A DNA stretch of 64,000 nucleotides. Origin: Blastocystis sp. Blastoise. Its lineage: Eukaryota; Protista; Bigyra: Opalinata. A program made the position numbers and the translations under genes. The notes beneath the pieces were generated by a model that did no database searches, was not told where the DNA came from, and was given only the letters and a program-made list of their open reading frames with translations. Where the stretch lies: positions 62,001 to 126,000 of the forward strand of contig JBBPEB010000011.1 in the NCBI GenBank assembly GCA_039096225.1, given 5' to 3'. Shown here one piece after another: positions 51,667 to 64,000 of the stretch (within the stretch, counting starts at the first letter, position 1; the number at the start of each line of letters is the position of its first letter).

Positions 51667-52478
51667 TTTCATTTTATTTCATTTTATTTATTTCTTTTAT
51701 CTATATATATATATATAGAGTATGTATATTAATCAAAAGATTCATGGCACACAATCTTATATTTATAACATGACTATGCAGTTTACTACCTTTGACGGAA
51801 CTACCCCTAACGGATCGTTCTTAGGAGGTACTTTCAATGGAAAAGGAATTCCACATTTACTTACTTTTACTACTGAACTATATTCTATAATATATATTCT
51901 ATAATATATATATTCTATAATATATAATAAAACATTTTTCTTTTGATTTATTAAACTCTCTATATTCATTTATATAAACTATTATAATTCTCTCTATCAA
52001 CTTTAATGTCTATTTATTATTTTTTTAAATTAAATTATTTCTCTTTATATATGTTCATATTTATATAGCGTCACCCTATAGAGTGTCATATACATATTGA
52101 AGTAGATACTATTGATAGTGTTCTTCAAGGAGCTGTAGAACAAGAAGAAGTTATAAAGAATACTGAACAATGGCTTGATGATAAGTATGTCAAGAAAGAT
52201 CAAATGATCACAAAATTCATAAAAGACCAACAATTCAAACTAGAAAATAATGATAAAAAAGTATTTTTCTATTTTTAAACAGAATCTTATAGTCTTTCTT
52301 CTTTTTTTCTAAATACTTATTTTTACGAATACTAAATATCCTCTATATATAGATTGTTCTTGACTATAAGTATATTCGACGTTTCTTAGGTATTTTTGTT
52401 GTTATTATTAGTTGTGTTATTGGATATGGTATTTTTTCTCTTCTTAAATACATTTTTCTTTTACCTTTCCGTCTCTAA
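50579..52478 (+). CDS. Lysophospholipid acyltransferase (AGPAT3/4/5-LCLAT1-like), paralog B
   Basis: VICNHQTYFDWW, FLFLERNWEKD, LLIFPEGT and VLLPHATG. One intron (51878-52068) lacks a GT donor. Confidence 0.85.
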
Positions 52479-53073
52479 TGACTATGAACAAGTAATAATA
52501 GTATCTATTTTTTCACGTCTATATATTGTTTATTTCATTCATTTTCTCCATATTATCGATCGTAGATCATGATTGACCCTTTATTTTCTTTTTTGTCTTT
52601 TTTTTTACACTCTCTCTCTTGTGTCCATTTATTAAACTCACTTTCTATATCATCAATTTTTTTTTTGTTTAGTTATAAGTTAAATACTTCTTTCATAAAT
52701 ATCAGAAAACAAATAATCAAAAGTATTCTTCACATAGATCTTTTATTATCAACTTATATGTTTTTCAACCTCAGTTGAAAAATTATTTAACATCGTATTT
52801 ATAGAAAAAAATGAAAATATTTTAAATTCTTGAAATCACTTTCTTTTTATTCTTGAAGAACAAATATATAATATTCAATATAGTATTTATCTATTGAATA
52901 ATGAAGACACTCATGATTAATTCAATTTATTCATAAAGAGACCATATCATTTCGAAAACTATAACTGACAGAAATCAATTACTCCTACACTCTACATTAT
53001 TTTGACCAAACAAACCAGAATATATTCAAATTAATTTTCATAATAAAACTAGAGAATTCAATAAATATAACAT

Positions 53074-53429
53074 TCACTTTTTAACGGATTTAGTTTCTTC
53101 AAACACGACATGCTTTCGAACAATTGGATCATACTATTGAGAAACATGAATAAATTTATATATGTTTTATATTTCATTTCATTTGAATATAATCTATCAT
53201 ATATATACCTTTACTAATTTTAATTTGCGATCCATTTTCATGGGATTCTTCTTTGTTGTATAAGCAAATCTATATAAATATGATTTTATTTATTTATTCA
53301 GTATTTTTAAATTGAGAAAATATATTTATATACCCTGTTCCAGCTTTACTTAATAATTTAACAACAACATTAAAAGCCTATTTCTATTTTAAAGATTCAA
53401 GAATAAGTTATACATACGTTTTTACCCAT
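53074..53429 (-). CDS. MRPL33: Mitochondrial ribosomal protein bL33m (4 short exons)
   Basis: Spliced product MGKNAFNVVVKLLSKAGTGFAYTTKKNPMKMDRKLKLVKYDPIVRKHVVFEETKSVKK*, a zinc-free L33 signature. Absent from the ORF track. Confidence 0.9.
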
Positions 53430-54559
53430 TCTAAATATAAATAATTAAAAATTATGTAAACTATAAGGAATGAAAAGAGAAAAAATATAAAAAGAACAGT
53501 TCCTTTTCTATTTTTTTATGTAACCACGGTTTTTTGTAAATAAACACCACAATTTCCATAAGTTACTTATAAAAATACCTTACTAAGAATAATAAATGAA
53601 TCAACATCAATAAAACACTTAGACTTTGTAAGAAGGGAATTCAACTAATTTCAGGCTGTTTTGTTTTACTTTCATCAGTTTTCTATTTTGTTGTGCCTAT
53701 TGCTATGAATTCTTAACCATCTCTCAATTTCTAATATTTTTTTATCCAACCATATTTGTCAAATGACAACCACAGCGTTTACTTATGTGGAAATATAATT
53801 CATTCCAATCTCAGAAACAGTATCCTAAGATATATTGTTTCTTCTACTGTTCACTTTTATATCCCAGTATATATATAGTATATTTGTTTCTTAATAAAAT
53901 TATATTTTTATTTAAATTTTAACATATATATATTATTATTAATCACTTTTTTTTCATCTTATATTTTAATATTGTTTTTATATATTTATACTATCAAATA
54001 TTGTATATATATAGAGAGATCTATGTCATGCTATCATCAAACGATAACTGTTACTCATTCATCTGTAGCTAAAATACTACATCGATAATTATACTCACGC
54101 AATCATTATATGACTTTGAAGTATTATACAGAACCTTATCGGATGATAGCATTGAATTAAACAACTTAATCTCGCTATTTATTATCATATACTCTTCTTA
54201 TTTTATTCATTCTCATTTTTCATTCTTATATTATCTATATACAAAAATTATTTTATTTTTATTTATTTAGGGAATTGTTATTATCGATATTTTATTAAAT
54301 TTTTTTATATTCTTTCTTATTGTATAAACATTCATTGTGAGATTATGTTGTTCTTTACTTTTCTATCTCTCTATTTATTAGTTTTAAGAATTTTTTGCTT
54401 CTATTATTCAAATCAATTGTCAATTCTTTTTATGTAAACATATTCTTGAACAAAAACTATATATACATACTACTTATTGTTCTATAATCACAATTTTTAA
54501 AATATAAACGATTTTTTATATTTTACAGATAGCGAACGAAGAGGAGCTTATTATATATA

Positions 54560-55160
54560 TTATAACTTAAAAGAAACATTAATACAAAATAACTTATTGT
54601 TATTTCCATCAGTAGCATCCAATTTAAATGAATAATAGCCAGGAGGAGTAATAATTGGAAGTCTTGTCTTCATGGTAATAGAGGGATACATATTCGATTC
54701 AATAGGACAAGATGGATTTATTATTTCTATTTTACCTAATCCAAAAGGCATTTTTATTTCTTGATAACCACAAATACCTGCATATCCAGTAAGAACTGCA
54801 GTCTAGAATCAAAAGTATTTAGAATCAATCGAACAAAATAATAGTATATAGATACTCCAGAGGCTGTTGCTGTCACTTGAATTGTACCATTATAAAATTC
54901 TCTTGTTGATTTTCCTTGGTTAGTAATGAGAATCAACTCTTTACCTCGTTCGACCTCAGTTATTTCCATATTATAAAAGAAAACCTATACATAAATAATT
55001 TTATCTTAGTTTCTCATATAGTATTTATTTATCATACTGAATAATCTTTGTTGCCACAATTAGTGACAATCGGAATCACCAACATATCACGAAGATTTGA
55101 ACCAAAAGCAACGCTTATAAATAGTATAGCAACTGTGAATACTTTTAACATCATATTCAT
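54560..55160 (-). CDS. Secreted ML-domain (NPC2/MD-2-like) lipid-binding protein
   Basis: Signal peptide, then TNCG, ICG..CPI and RLPIITPPGYYSFKLDATDGNNNKLFCINVSF; 3 exons. Confidence 0.78.
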
Positions 55161-56180
55161 AAATGATTATTATTTATTGAGTAAATGAAAAAAAAAGAAA
55201 ATCATACAAAATATCCAAAAAATCTTCGTAAAAACATATCATTCTAGGAATATGATTATATCACGAACTAGAGATTCTCATATTATCTGTATCATCCAAT
55301 AAACCTATATCTCTTAATTTAATAAGATATAAAAATAGAATTTGAATGAAGATGAGCACGAAACGAGGTTTTATAGTTTCATATTATTTTATTGATCAAT
55401 TTAAGAATAGACTGTTATTTATAAAATAATTGTTATATATATAAATATAAATATACTGCTAACGCCAAGCAATTAGCATTTTTTTGTATATCAAATTAGA
55501 ATAATTTTGTTCATTCAATGTTCTATTTGTTATTTAACTGTACATCAATTTTTTAAACAATTATTTTTTAGGACTAAATCTATATATTCGGATTTTCATT
55601 CCATAATTAACATGATGTATCTATAAATAATATGTATAAGTATTCAATTAAGTTTATTTATACTTTATGGATCAATATTTCTTTATTTTAAAGAATACTC
55701 AAATGATTCTAACTATTAATCGTTAACATCTTGCTTTAAAACACAAAAGTAAATAACTCCTATATGACTCACTCATTTTTTTGAATTGATTTAAGGACAA
55801 TTAATAGTATTAGCAACCATGAAGACCATAATATTATCACTAAAACTAAGAATCAAGTAATAATTCTTCTATCTCTAAATATGTTGCAGCATCTATGTCC
55901 TATGAAGAATTAAAAAAGCATTAAAATGAAGACATACATATAATCTGAATCTGAAATCAAGCCTGTAATGTACCAAATTGATCAACAAATAGTCATCTTT
56001 ATTTTGTGGAATATCCATAACACTTTGAATACGATTCTATAATCATATTATATCTTTTTAACACAAAAACTGAAATAATCTGATTATTTTTCATATTAAT
56101 AATTCAGTATATAAAAAAGAACTGAAAATGTTTCATTTCCATTTCATTTAAAAATTATTCATAATTTAGCATCGTAATAA

Positions 56181-57039
56181 ATGGATTTCATGAAGACAGC
56201 TTTTGATGAAGTATGTACACTATTTGGAAATATGAAAAACCTTGAGATAGGCGGAGATTGCATACGAAAAGCGTGAAGTACCCATCGGTTGTGTTTTTGT
56301 GTATAAAAACAAGATTGTAGGTCGAGGAAGAAATATGACAAATGAAACTGGAAATGTATTTCTTGATAAATTTTGATATTCTTATATGAAAATATAGGCT
56401 ACACGTCATGCAGAGATGGTAGCTATTGATAAGATGTTAGAAGAAGATAGTTTTGATCCTTCTTTATTTCGTGAAACTGATTTGTATGTTCTAGTCTCTT
56501 TTTTTTTATTTTTATATTTATATATCATTGATGACTTGAATAGATATGTAACTATCGAACCATGTATTATGTGTGCATCAGCTCTATCACAAATAGGTAT
56601 TCGTAAAGTATATTTTGGTGCTCATAATGATAAATTTGGAGGTTGTGGATCTATTTTATGTATTCATAATGATAGGTAAATATTTTTATTTTTATTTTTA
56701 TTTTTATTTTTATTTTTATTTTTATATTATTTTTATTATTATATTATTTTTATTTTTATAGTTATTTTTATATTATTTTATTTTTATTTTTACTTTTATA
56801 TTATTTTAATATTGTTATATTATTTTTTTTTTTTATTTTTTTTATTTTTTATTATTTTTTTTTTTTAATTTTTTTTTTATTTTTTTATTTTTAGAACATA
56901 TGGAGAAAAGCATCATCAATATGAAATTGAATCAGGTCTAATGAAAGAAGAAGCTATTCTTTTATTACAGAAGTTTTATAATAGAGGGAATATAAATGTA
57001 CCAGAAGAAAAACGAAAACGAAAACATTATGATGAATAA
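56181..57039 (+). CDS. ADAT2: tRNA adenosine-34 deaminase catalytic subunit (ADAT2/Tad2)
   Basis: [55 protein letters not shown] and [11 protein letters not shown]. Confidence 0.92.
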
Positions 57040-57244
57040 ATAAAAAAATATATAACTACACTAATTAGTTTTATTTATAAAATTAAGTAATTCATTCACT
57101 ACAAAATATATAGATGTATAATTAATAATAAATTCCATAGTTAGAAAAAGACACACGAAATAAAGTATCTATATATATATATATATAAAGCAATACCAAA
57201 TAATCAAAAAAACAAAAATATGTTTAGAAAAAGAGCTTTTTAAT

Positions 57245-57701
57245 TTATTTATTTAAGATATTCATAATATTATCGACATTAATCACCTATATAATAAAAA
57301 TGTATATATATAAATATATATAGTCAAATATACTTGATTAAAGATATTCGTAATTGGAACAGGTTTATGATTCTTATACGCGACAATTAAGAAGAAGGAT
57401 GACAGTAATAATTTGAATGCAATAATATTCAGGAATACTAATAAATAGATCAAAGGATGCACAGAGGGTAAATATTGAATACAAACACGTAATATCTATA
57501 TATAGAGAAATATATATAGTTATATAAATATATATTAATATATATAGTTATATAAATATATATTAATATATATAATATGTATATTATTTGAATATTATTA
57601 TAAATATATTAAACAAAACACTTACATATATATATAATATTCGAAGAATATAATAAATATTATATATATATAGAGTTAAAAGTAAAATTAGTCAATGATT
57701 C

Positions 57702-57747
<46 letters not shown>

Positions 57748-60700
57748 AGAGCGGACACCCCTAGTATTCCTAGTCCCATACGATCAGATATCATATGACT
57801 TGGCTATATATATAAGGGCATAATATATACATGTAAAGAGTGAAATTATAATATATTGATTAAGATAAAGAATAACTATAACTCAACTGAAAGTATATAA
57901 AAATAATATTTTATTTAATGATATTCCTATTTGAGAAACAATGGACCAAAAAAATAATAACAAATAAAAATATATATAAAAATAAAAAAATACATCAAAA
58001 TAATTATCAATATAAGAAGCAATATAATCGCGATTAAAGAGAACTGTGAAGTTTCTGTACATCTTAGGATTGATATTATTTTGTTTACATGTAAATGCAT
58101 GTTTAATCCAATCTGCAACCTAATAAAATTAGAAGAAGATAGGATATATATATATATATATAGAAAAGATAAAAATATATATGTATATATATAAAACTAG
58201 AAAAGATAAAAATATATATGTATTAGAGAATTTTAAAATGATATAATTATACAATAATCTGATGAATATGAAAAGAAATATATAAAAAAAAGAAAGTGCT
58301 AATTAATCTAGAGTAATATATACGGTTTCTAGGATAATGACATTGATGGATAGTTCAATATAAGGTTTGATATTTTCTTCAGTACAGTAATAGAGAAGTA
58401 GAGAGAGACAAAGAGCAAGAATAAGATAGAACATACAGATAACTTCTAGAAAGACATATAAAAAAATAAGATATAGATAGAGAAAAAATAAAGAGAAAGA
58501 TATAAAGATATATAAAGATATATAAAGAAATAGAGAGATATAGAAAAAAATAAAGATATAAGTATACTCAATATAAGAATATTACTATATATAAATCTAA
58601 AGATAGAGATAAAGAAACAGTATTAAGCATGTAGTAAATATAATTGAATCCAATAAAACAAGAATCAAGATAATGAATATTATAGATCTAAAAAAATATA
58701 TACCTCTGACAGCAACATAGAATAGTCCTACTTCATCTGTTTTCTTAAATACTTGTTTACGTATATCTTTAAAGTTAGTAATTAAACTTAAAGAATAAAA
58801 TGTATCATCTTCAGTCTATAGAGAGTATAGGAAATTGATAATATAATATAAATAATATTTTAATTATTATGTTTTATTATTATTATTATTATATACAAAC
58901 TTTCATATATAATAAGGAAGAAAATAGAAAAATAGAGATAAACAAAAAAACAAATAACAAATACATTCTATATAAATATATATATATACACTCATCATAA
59001 TACAGTTACACATAAAGTAAATATAGAGATCTAATCCAAGGACGATTTCATTAAGACATGCGAATAGAAGATCGATAAGAAGGAGACATACATTCTTAGC
59101 ACGTGATTCATGTTCAAAGACTATATTTCTCAAATGCATATATAAAGTGTTACAAAACTCCTATAAAGATGATATTATATGTATTTATATATATATATAT
59201 ATATATATTGTTTATATAATCTTATTAAAATAAATAAAAACTCATAACTATTATGAATATAAATTATAAATTAATAGAAGCATACATGTTCTGTTTTTGA
59301 GAAAAGAGCTGCAACTACGTCTGTAAATCCAATAATAATAAATAATTTAAAATGAGTTTGACTTTTAATATAATGATAAATGAAAGAGATATTAATTCGA
59401 TTCATATATAGCACTGTAACTAGAACAAGGAATAATCGAATACAATCAAACATAAACCCAATAATCTTTTCCTTCTGTTTTCGTTCTTCTATATGTTCAT
59501 ATATTACTGATGTATCATTAGTATGATTGGATAAAGCAAGTGGAGGTAGTTGAACTGGGTTCTTTATTGCAGAGAATGAAGGAGAAAAAAGAGATGTTGA
59601 AGAAGAGAGAGGTCTACCGGAAGGATTAATAGTAATATCTTTTGATGTCTTTTGAGTATGTAAAGTATCATTTGTCATTGATTGTTGAGGGGATTCAATT
59701 CTATTCGTTTCTCTTTTAGATGCTGAAACTGTCTCCTTTAAAGAAGTGATCGATAAATTGGGTTCCGATAGATCTATAAATATATATTGATTATAAATAT
59801 AGGCTAAAAAGAAGAATAATTAATTTTTGTAATATTTAGTAGAATAAATAGAATAGGTATAATAAGTATAATAATTATAAATATTATAATCACAAACAAT
59901 ATAATCATAAATATTATTCAAAAACATTATAATCAAAACTTATAATCAAAAATATTATTCAAAAAAAATACATATCTAGCATATATCTATACTATGAGAC
60001 TTGGAATGTTGTGAGAAAGAGGAAATAGAGGATTCATCAAAACTAAATATTGTTTCGTTCCCCTTTTTCCCTTTTTTATTAAGTTTTCCTTGTGTATGTT
60101 TTGGTGACGATATTCCATGAATATTCGATTTCTGACTATTTGAACGATGTATATCATGTGATTTATTTGATTGAACTTTCTTTTTAATTTCAGTGAATAG
60201 AGATTTGCATTTCATATATAGATAACCTATAGATAAAAAAAATTAAAATGAATAGATATCTATATAAAATAGAAAAAGATTTTTTATATATAAATATATA
60301 CGACATATAAGATATGGAGAATATATAAATATAAAATATAAGGCGCGAATAGGAATGAATGTAATAACGTATAAAATAACATCAAAACACATCAATAATA
60401 ATGGAATTGCAAATATGGTGTATTCATATATAGATTTAGGAATATTCCATAGTTTTAATCGACAATATTTATAACTGCTCAAGGACGCTCGTGATTGCCA
60501 ATTAATCAAAGACTAACATAATAGTTATGCTTTAAAAAAAGAATGAAAAAACTTACAGAAACCATATCTTTGAAATTATGAGGAAACACCTTTGGCTGAC
60601 TCTGTTGAGATGATTTAAATGGAGTGTTTGCATAATCGTTGAACGTTTCCAACAAATCATCACTAAAAAATAAAAATAATCATCTTCTAATGTATATCAT

Positions 60701-60904
60701 ACTAGGATTTTTCTTTTTTAGGAACTTGCTTCTGCTCTATTTTTTCATCTGACACTTGTTTTGTCTAGAATATATTCAATAATAGAAGTGATTGAACAAA
60801 AATACTCGGTTCTTTTCTTCTTTTAAAGTTTCTACCTCTTTTTCTAAGTGATCAATCTTCGATAATAATAAATCTATTGTTTTTGAATCCATAGATAAAC
60901 TCAT
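57245..60904 (-). CDS. TAPT1: TAPT1/Emp65 (DUF747) family multi-pass membrane protein
   Basis: IPKSIYE..CFDVILYVITFIPIR, ISFIYHYIKSQTHFKL, TNFKDIRKQVFKK and VADWIKHAFTCKQN.I. Some exon boundaries are approximate. Confidence 0.75.
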
Positions 60905-61491
60905 AAACAAAAAGATAAGTTAGAACTTTCAGTTACCAGCTTCTTCCCACAGACATATCGAGAACTGGCCCTAAGAACTTCTGTCGGATCAATTTTTAGT
61001 CGATTTTCAGTAGAATTTTGTTCTTTGTATTCTATCGAATTATTTCTCTCATATATATCTTTATTTCTTCTATTGATTATTTCATAATAAACAATATTGC
61101 CTCTTTGATGTAGAGAATCAATTGTTTATCTAGAAGTACTTGATTAACAAATTAATTTTTGATTATATTAATGTTTATACCATAGATTGTCCCAAATTTA
61201 TACATGCATTCTATAAATAATAAAATAAAAGAATTAGATTCAAAATAGAATTCAACTATTGATCAATAATTATTTGTTTACTTTTCAAACACACTCCATA
61301 ACAACTCACAAACATATATATTATCATAAAGAATGTATTTTATATTTTTTTATAAATAAAATTAATTCTAGAAAACAATTATGAAATTAAATATAATTTC
61401 TAATATATTTTTTAATTTTTATTTGAGATCCTTTATTTTTTTAATTTTAATTTTTTTTTCTTAATAAATAGTCATTAGATTCCTTATTTAA

Positions 61492-63010
61492 ATGTCTTGG
61501 ATTCCAAATACTGAAGTTTTTCAGTTTCTTGTGGACATCTTGAATGAGATCAATACATTAGGTGAGAATTCGACGAATGATTTATATCAGGTATGCTTAA
61601 AATAACTATACTGATACTAACTATATAATAGAAACTTGAGAAATATAAGAAACAACCTGATTCTGTTTACTATTTATCGTATATTTATGCATATGGTGAA
61701 GAGAATAGTGTTAAATTATCTGTGAGAACCTATGCCGGATATTATTTGAAAACAATCTTGAACGATAAGAATTATATATTGGATTTGGATCATTTGGAGT
61801 ATATAAAAGAATCGATACGTTGTGAACTTCGTGATGAGTCATCCTGCTTAAAGCAACTGACTAGATCTTTAGTAACAAGTACATTACGACGAATTTCTAT
61901 AGCTAATTGGCCAGAATTATTTCAATGTTTGTACGATATACTTATTTCATATCAAAAGTCTTGTGTTGAAGATGTATTTTTATGTCTAAGTCAAATAGTT
62001 GAAGACTGTGATGAAGAATTACAATCAGACTCTATGGCAGTTTTGATTCCGTTTCTTGAACCCTTACTGAATAGTATGTGCGTCAAGCAAAATAACATCA
62101 GAAACTCATCTCTACAATGCTTATATAATATACTCTTATTGAAAACTACTCTGCTAGATCATTATTATGATATATATATAAATGTATATATTATTTATTA
62201 GTATTGTAATGTGTATTTATATCTATTGTTTTTTTTATTGTAATATATATTTATATGTATTGTTTATTATAGTATCTTTATTGCCTATTTTTCTTTATAT
62301 TTGGTTACTATTATAATCACTACTTGATTCATTTCTCTATATAATCAATATATATATATTAACTATTATAATTTCTTTGTTTATTATTCTATAAATATAT
62401 ATTGAATAGAACTTGTTTCAATTGTCTTCAGATTCTTCTATAACTGTTCGTTCTATGGTTATTTCAAGTCTTTCGGAATTATTTTTTCAGAATCCATCGA
62501 TTTTCCTCTCTTGTTACCCTTCCTTCTTTTCTATATTATGTATTCTCCTTAAAGACACAGATTCTACTATATCTACACAAGCAACAGGTATATATTTTTT
62601 ATAAACTATTATATATATATATATTTATAATATATATTTATAATTTATATATTTATTTACTATAGACTTTTGGACGGCATTTATAGAAGTAGATTATGAC
62701 ACTATTCAATCTGTTCTATATACATATATATCGCAAGTTATTCCTATTGTTCTGAAGGTAATTATATATATACATATATATTATATATATATTTGTTTTT
62801 CTTCTACACATTCAATAGTTCTATATTTATATCTTTAGAATATTCGATTAGAAGAATCTGAGATCTATGACATATCTTCCAGTCCTTTCTTCCTTGTCTC
62901 CTCTTCTATTCATTCTCATTCGTATAGTGAACATGTCAAGTATATTCTTTGATTATCTATATATATACAAATTAATTTATTTATAATTTGATTAACTAAC
63001 ATAATCACAT

Positions 63011-63047
<37 letters not shown>

Positions 63048-63225
63048 TTTATTCTATTAATAGTTGTCTATTCTCTGATATATAAGTCTCTCTTCAATAT
63101 ATTTCTATTCTTTATACATCGTGTTATTTGTTCTATACATTTGTTTTATAAATATGTTCTTCTAAATCTTTTATCCTATTTTATATTATATATATGCATA
63201 TATATATAATTTAGATAACAATCTT

Positions 63226-63272
<47 letters not shown>

Positions 63273-64000
63273 CATAATAATCTTTCTCTTCTCTTATTAG
63301 AGATGATATATTTAATATAACTTATGGAGAATGGACACTTCGAAAAGCGTCAGGTACATGCTTAGAACAATATGCTTCTTATTACCCAGATCTTATTATT
63401 CCATATTGTACTGAATCTATTCTTGTATATATATTTATAAAAGTTTACTATCTTTTAATGATATATTTTCTTTGTTTATTCTCCTCTTATTCTATAGGAA
63501 TCATTGTATTCTTCTGAGTGGATCACTCAAGAAATGGCCGTTGTCGCTCTTGCCGCCATGGCAAATGGCGCGCAAACGCAACTCTATCCTTATCTACCTA
63601 CATTTATTAAGTATATAAATTATTTATGTGTTTTTTTATATATGAGTAGTTCATATATTTTTTCATTTTTTTATATATATTTTTATCTTTCCTATTCTTT
63701 AATATATATATATAGAGTTCTCTTTCCTATTCTTTAATATATATATATATAGAGTTCTCTTTCCTATTCTTTAATATATATATATAGAGTCCTCTTTCCT
63801 ATTCTTTAATATATATATATAGAGTTCTCTTTCCTATTCTTTAATATATATATATAGAGTTCTCTTTCCTATTCTCTGTGATCCTCCTAATACATCATTA
63901 TTTTCCTCTATAACTTGGACACTTGGCAAGTATTCATTATATATACTAGAGAGAGAAAAACAAAGCTTCTTACCAAATATGATCCATATACTACTACAAG
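61492..64000 (+). CDS. TNPO1: Transportin-1 (karyopherin beta-2)-like HEAT protein, continues past window end
   Basis: MSWIPNTE..; RTYAGYYLK; NWPELFQCL; LSQIVED; DFWTAF; WTLRKASGTCLE; QEMAVVALAAMANG; ITWTLGKY. Confidence 0.75.
63686..63876 (+). repeat. Five tandem ~35-bp copies spanning a 3' splice site
   Basis: Unit AATATATATATATAG|AGTTCTCTTTCCTATTCTTT. Only the last copy continues into open exon sequence. Confidence 0.9.

Noticed and set aside
58688-58703. Apparent 16-nt micro-intron in TAPT1
   Set aside because: A single longer intron (about 58447-58703) gives the open, alignable frame.

Overview
This is very AT-rich, intron-rich eukaryotic nuclear DNA in the standard genetic code. Gene content and style suggest a gut stramenopile such as a Blastocystis relative, which is an inference only. 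About 20 protein genes can be rebuilt by splicing GT-AG introns by eye: a three-repeat Myb, two head-to-head AP-4 sigma copies, a secreted PAN+GH127-like glycosidase, an ABC1/ADCK kinase, a GOLD+F-box protein, hexokinase, a PHD protein, a BTB-like protein, an RBR-ZZ E3 ligase, dynactin p27, prenyltransferase alpha, two Cys-rich CaaX (CSIF) proteins (one only 31 aa), ATAD2/Yta7, two divergent acyltransferases, mitoribosomal L33, an ML/NPC2 protein, ADAT2, TAPT1 and a partial transportin. Most poly-L/I/Y ORFs in the supplied track are intronic microsatellite artefacts. Main observations: (1) a 31-aa CaaX micropeptide and a second CSIF-ending protein directly downstream of the prenyltransferase alpha gene; (2) two AT-AC U12-type introns, one inside a bacterial-type glycosidase gene; (3) introns bracketed by self-complementary (TA)n tracts, including one that is purely G(TA)32G; (4) a ~140-bp hAT-type MITE family that has twice inserted next to its own terminus; (5) a recurrent TTCCC(G/A)CGGGAA-like motif that seems to override the AT-rich codon bias inside exons.
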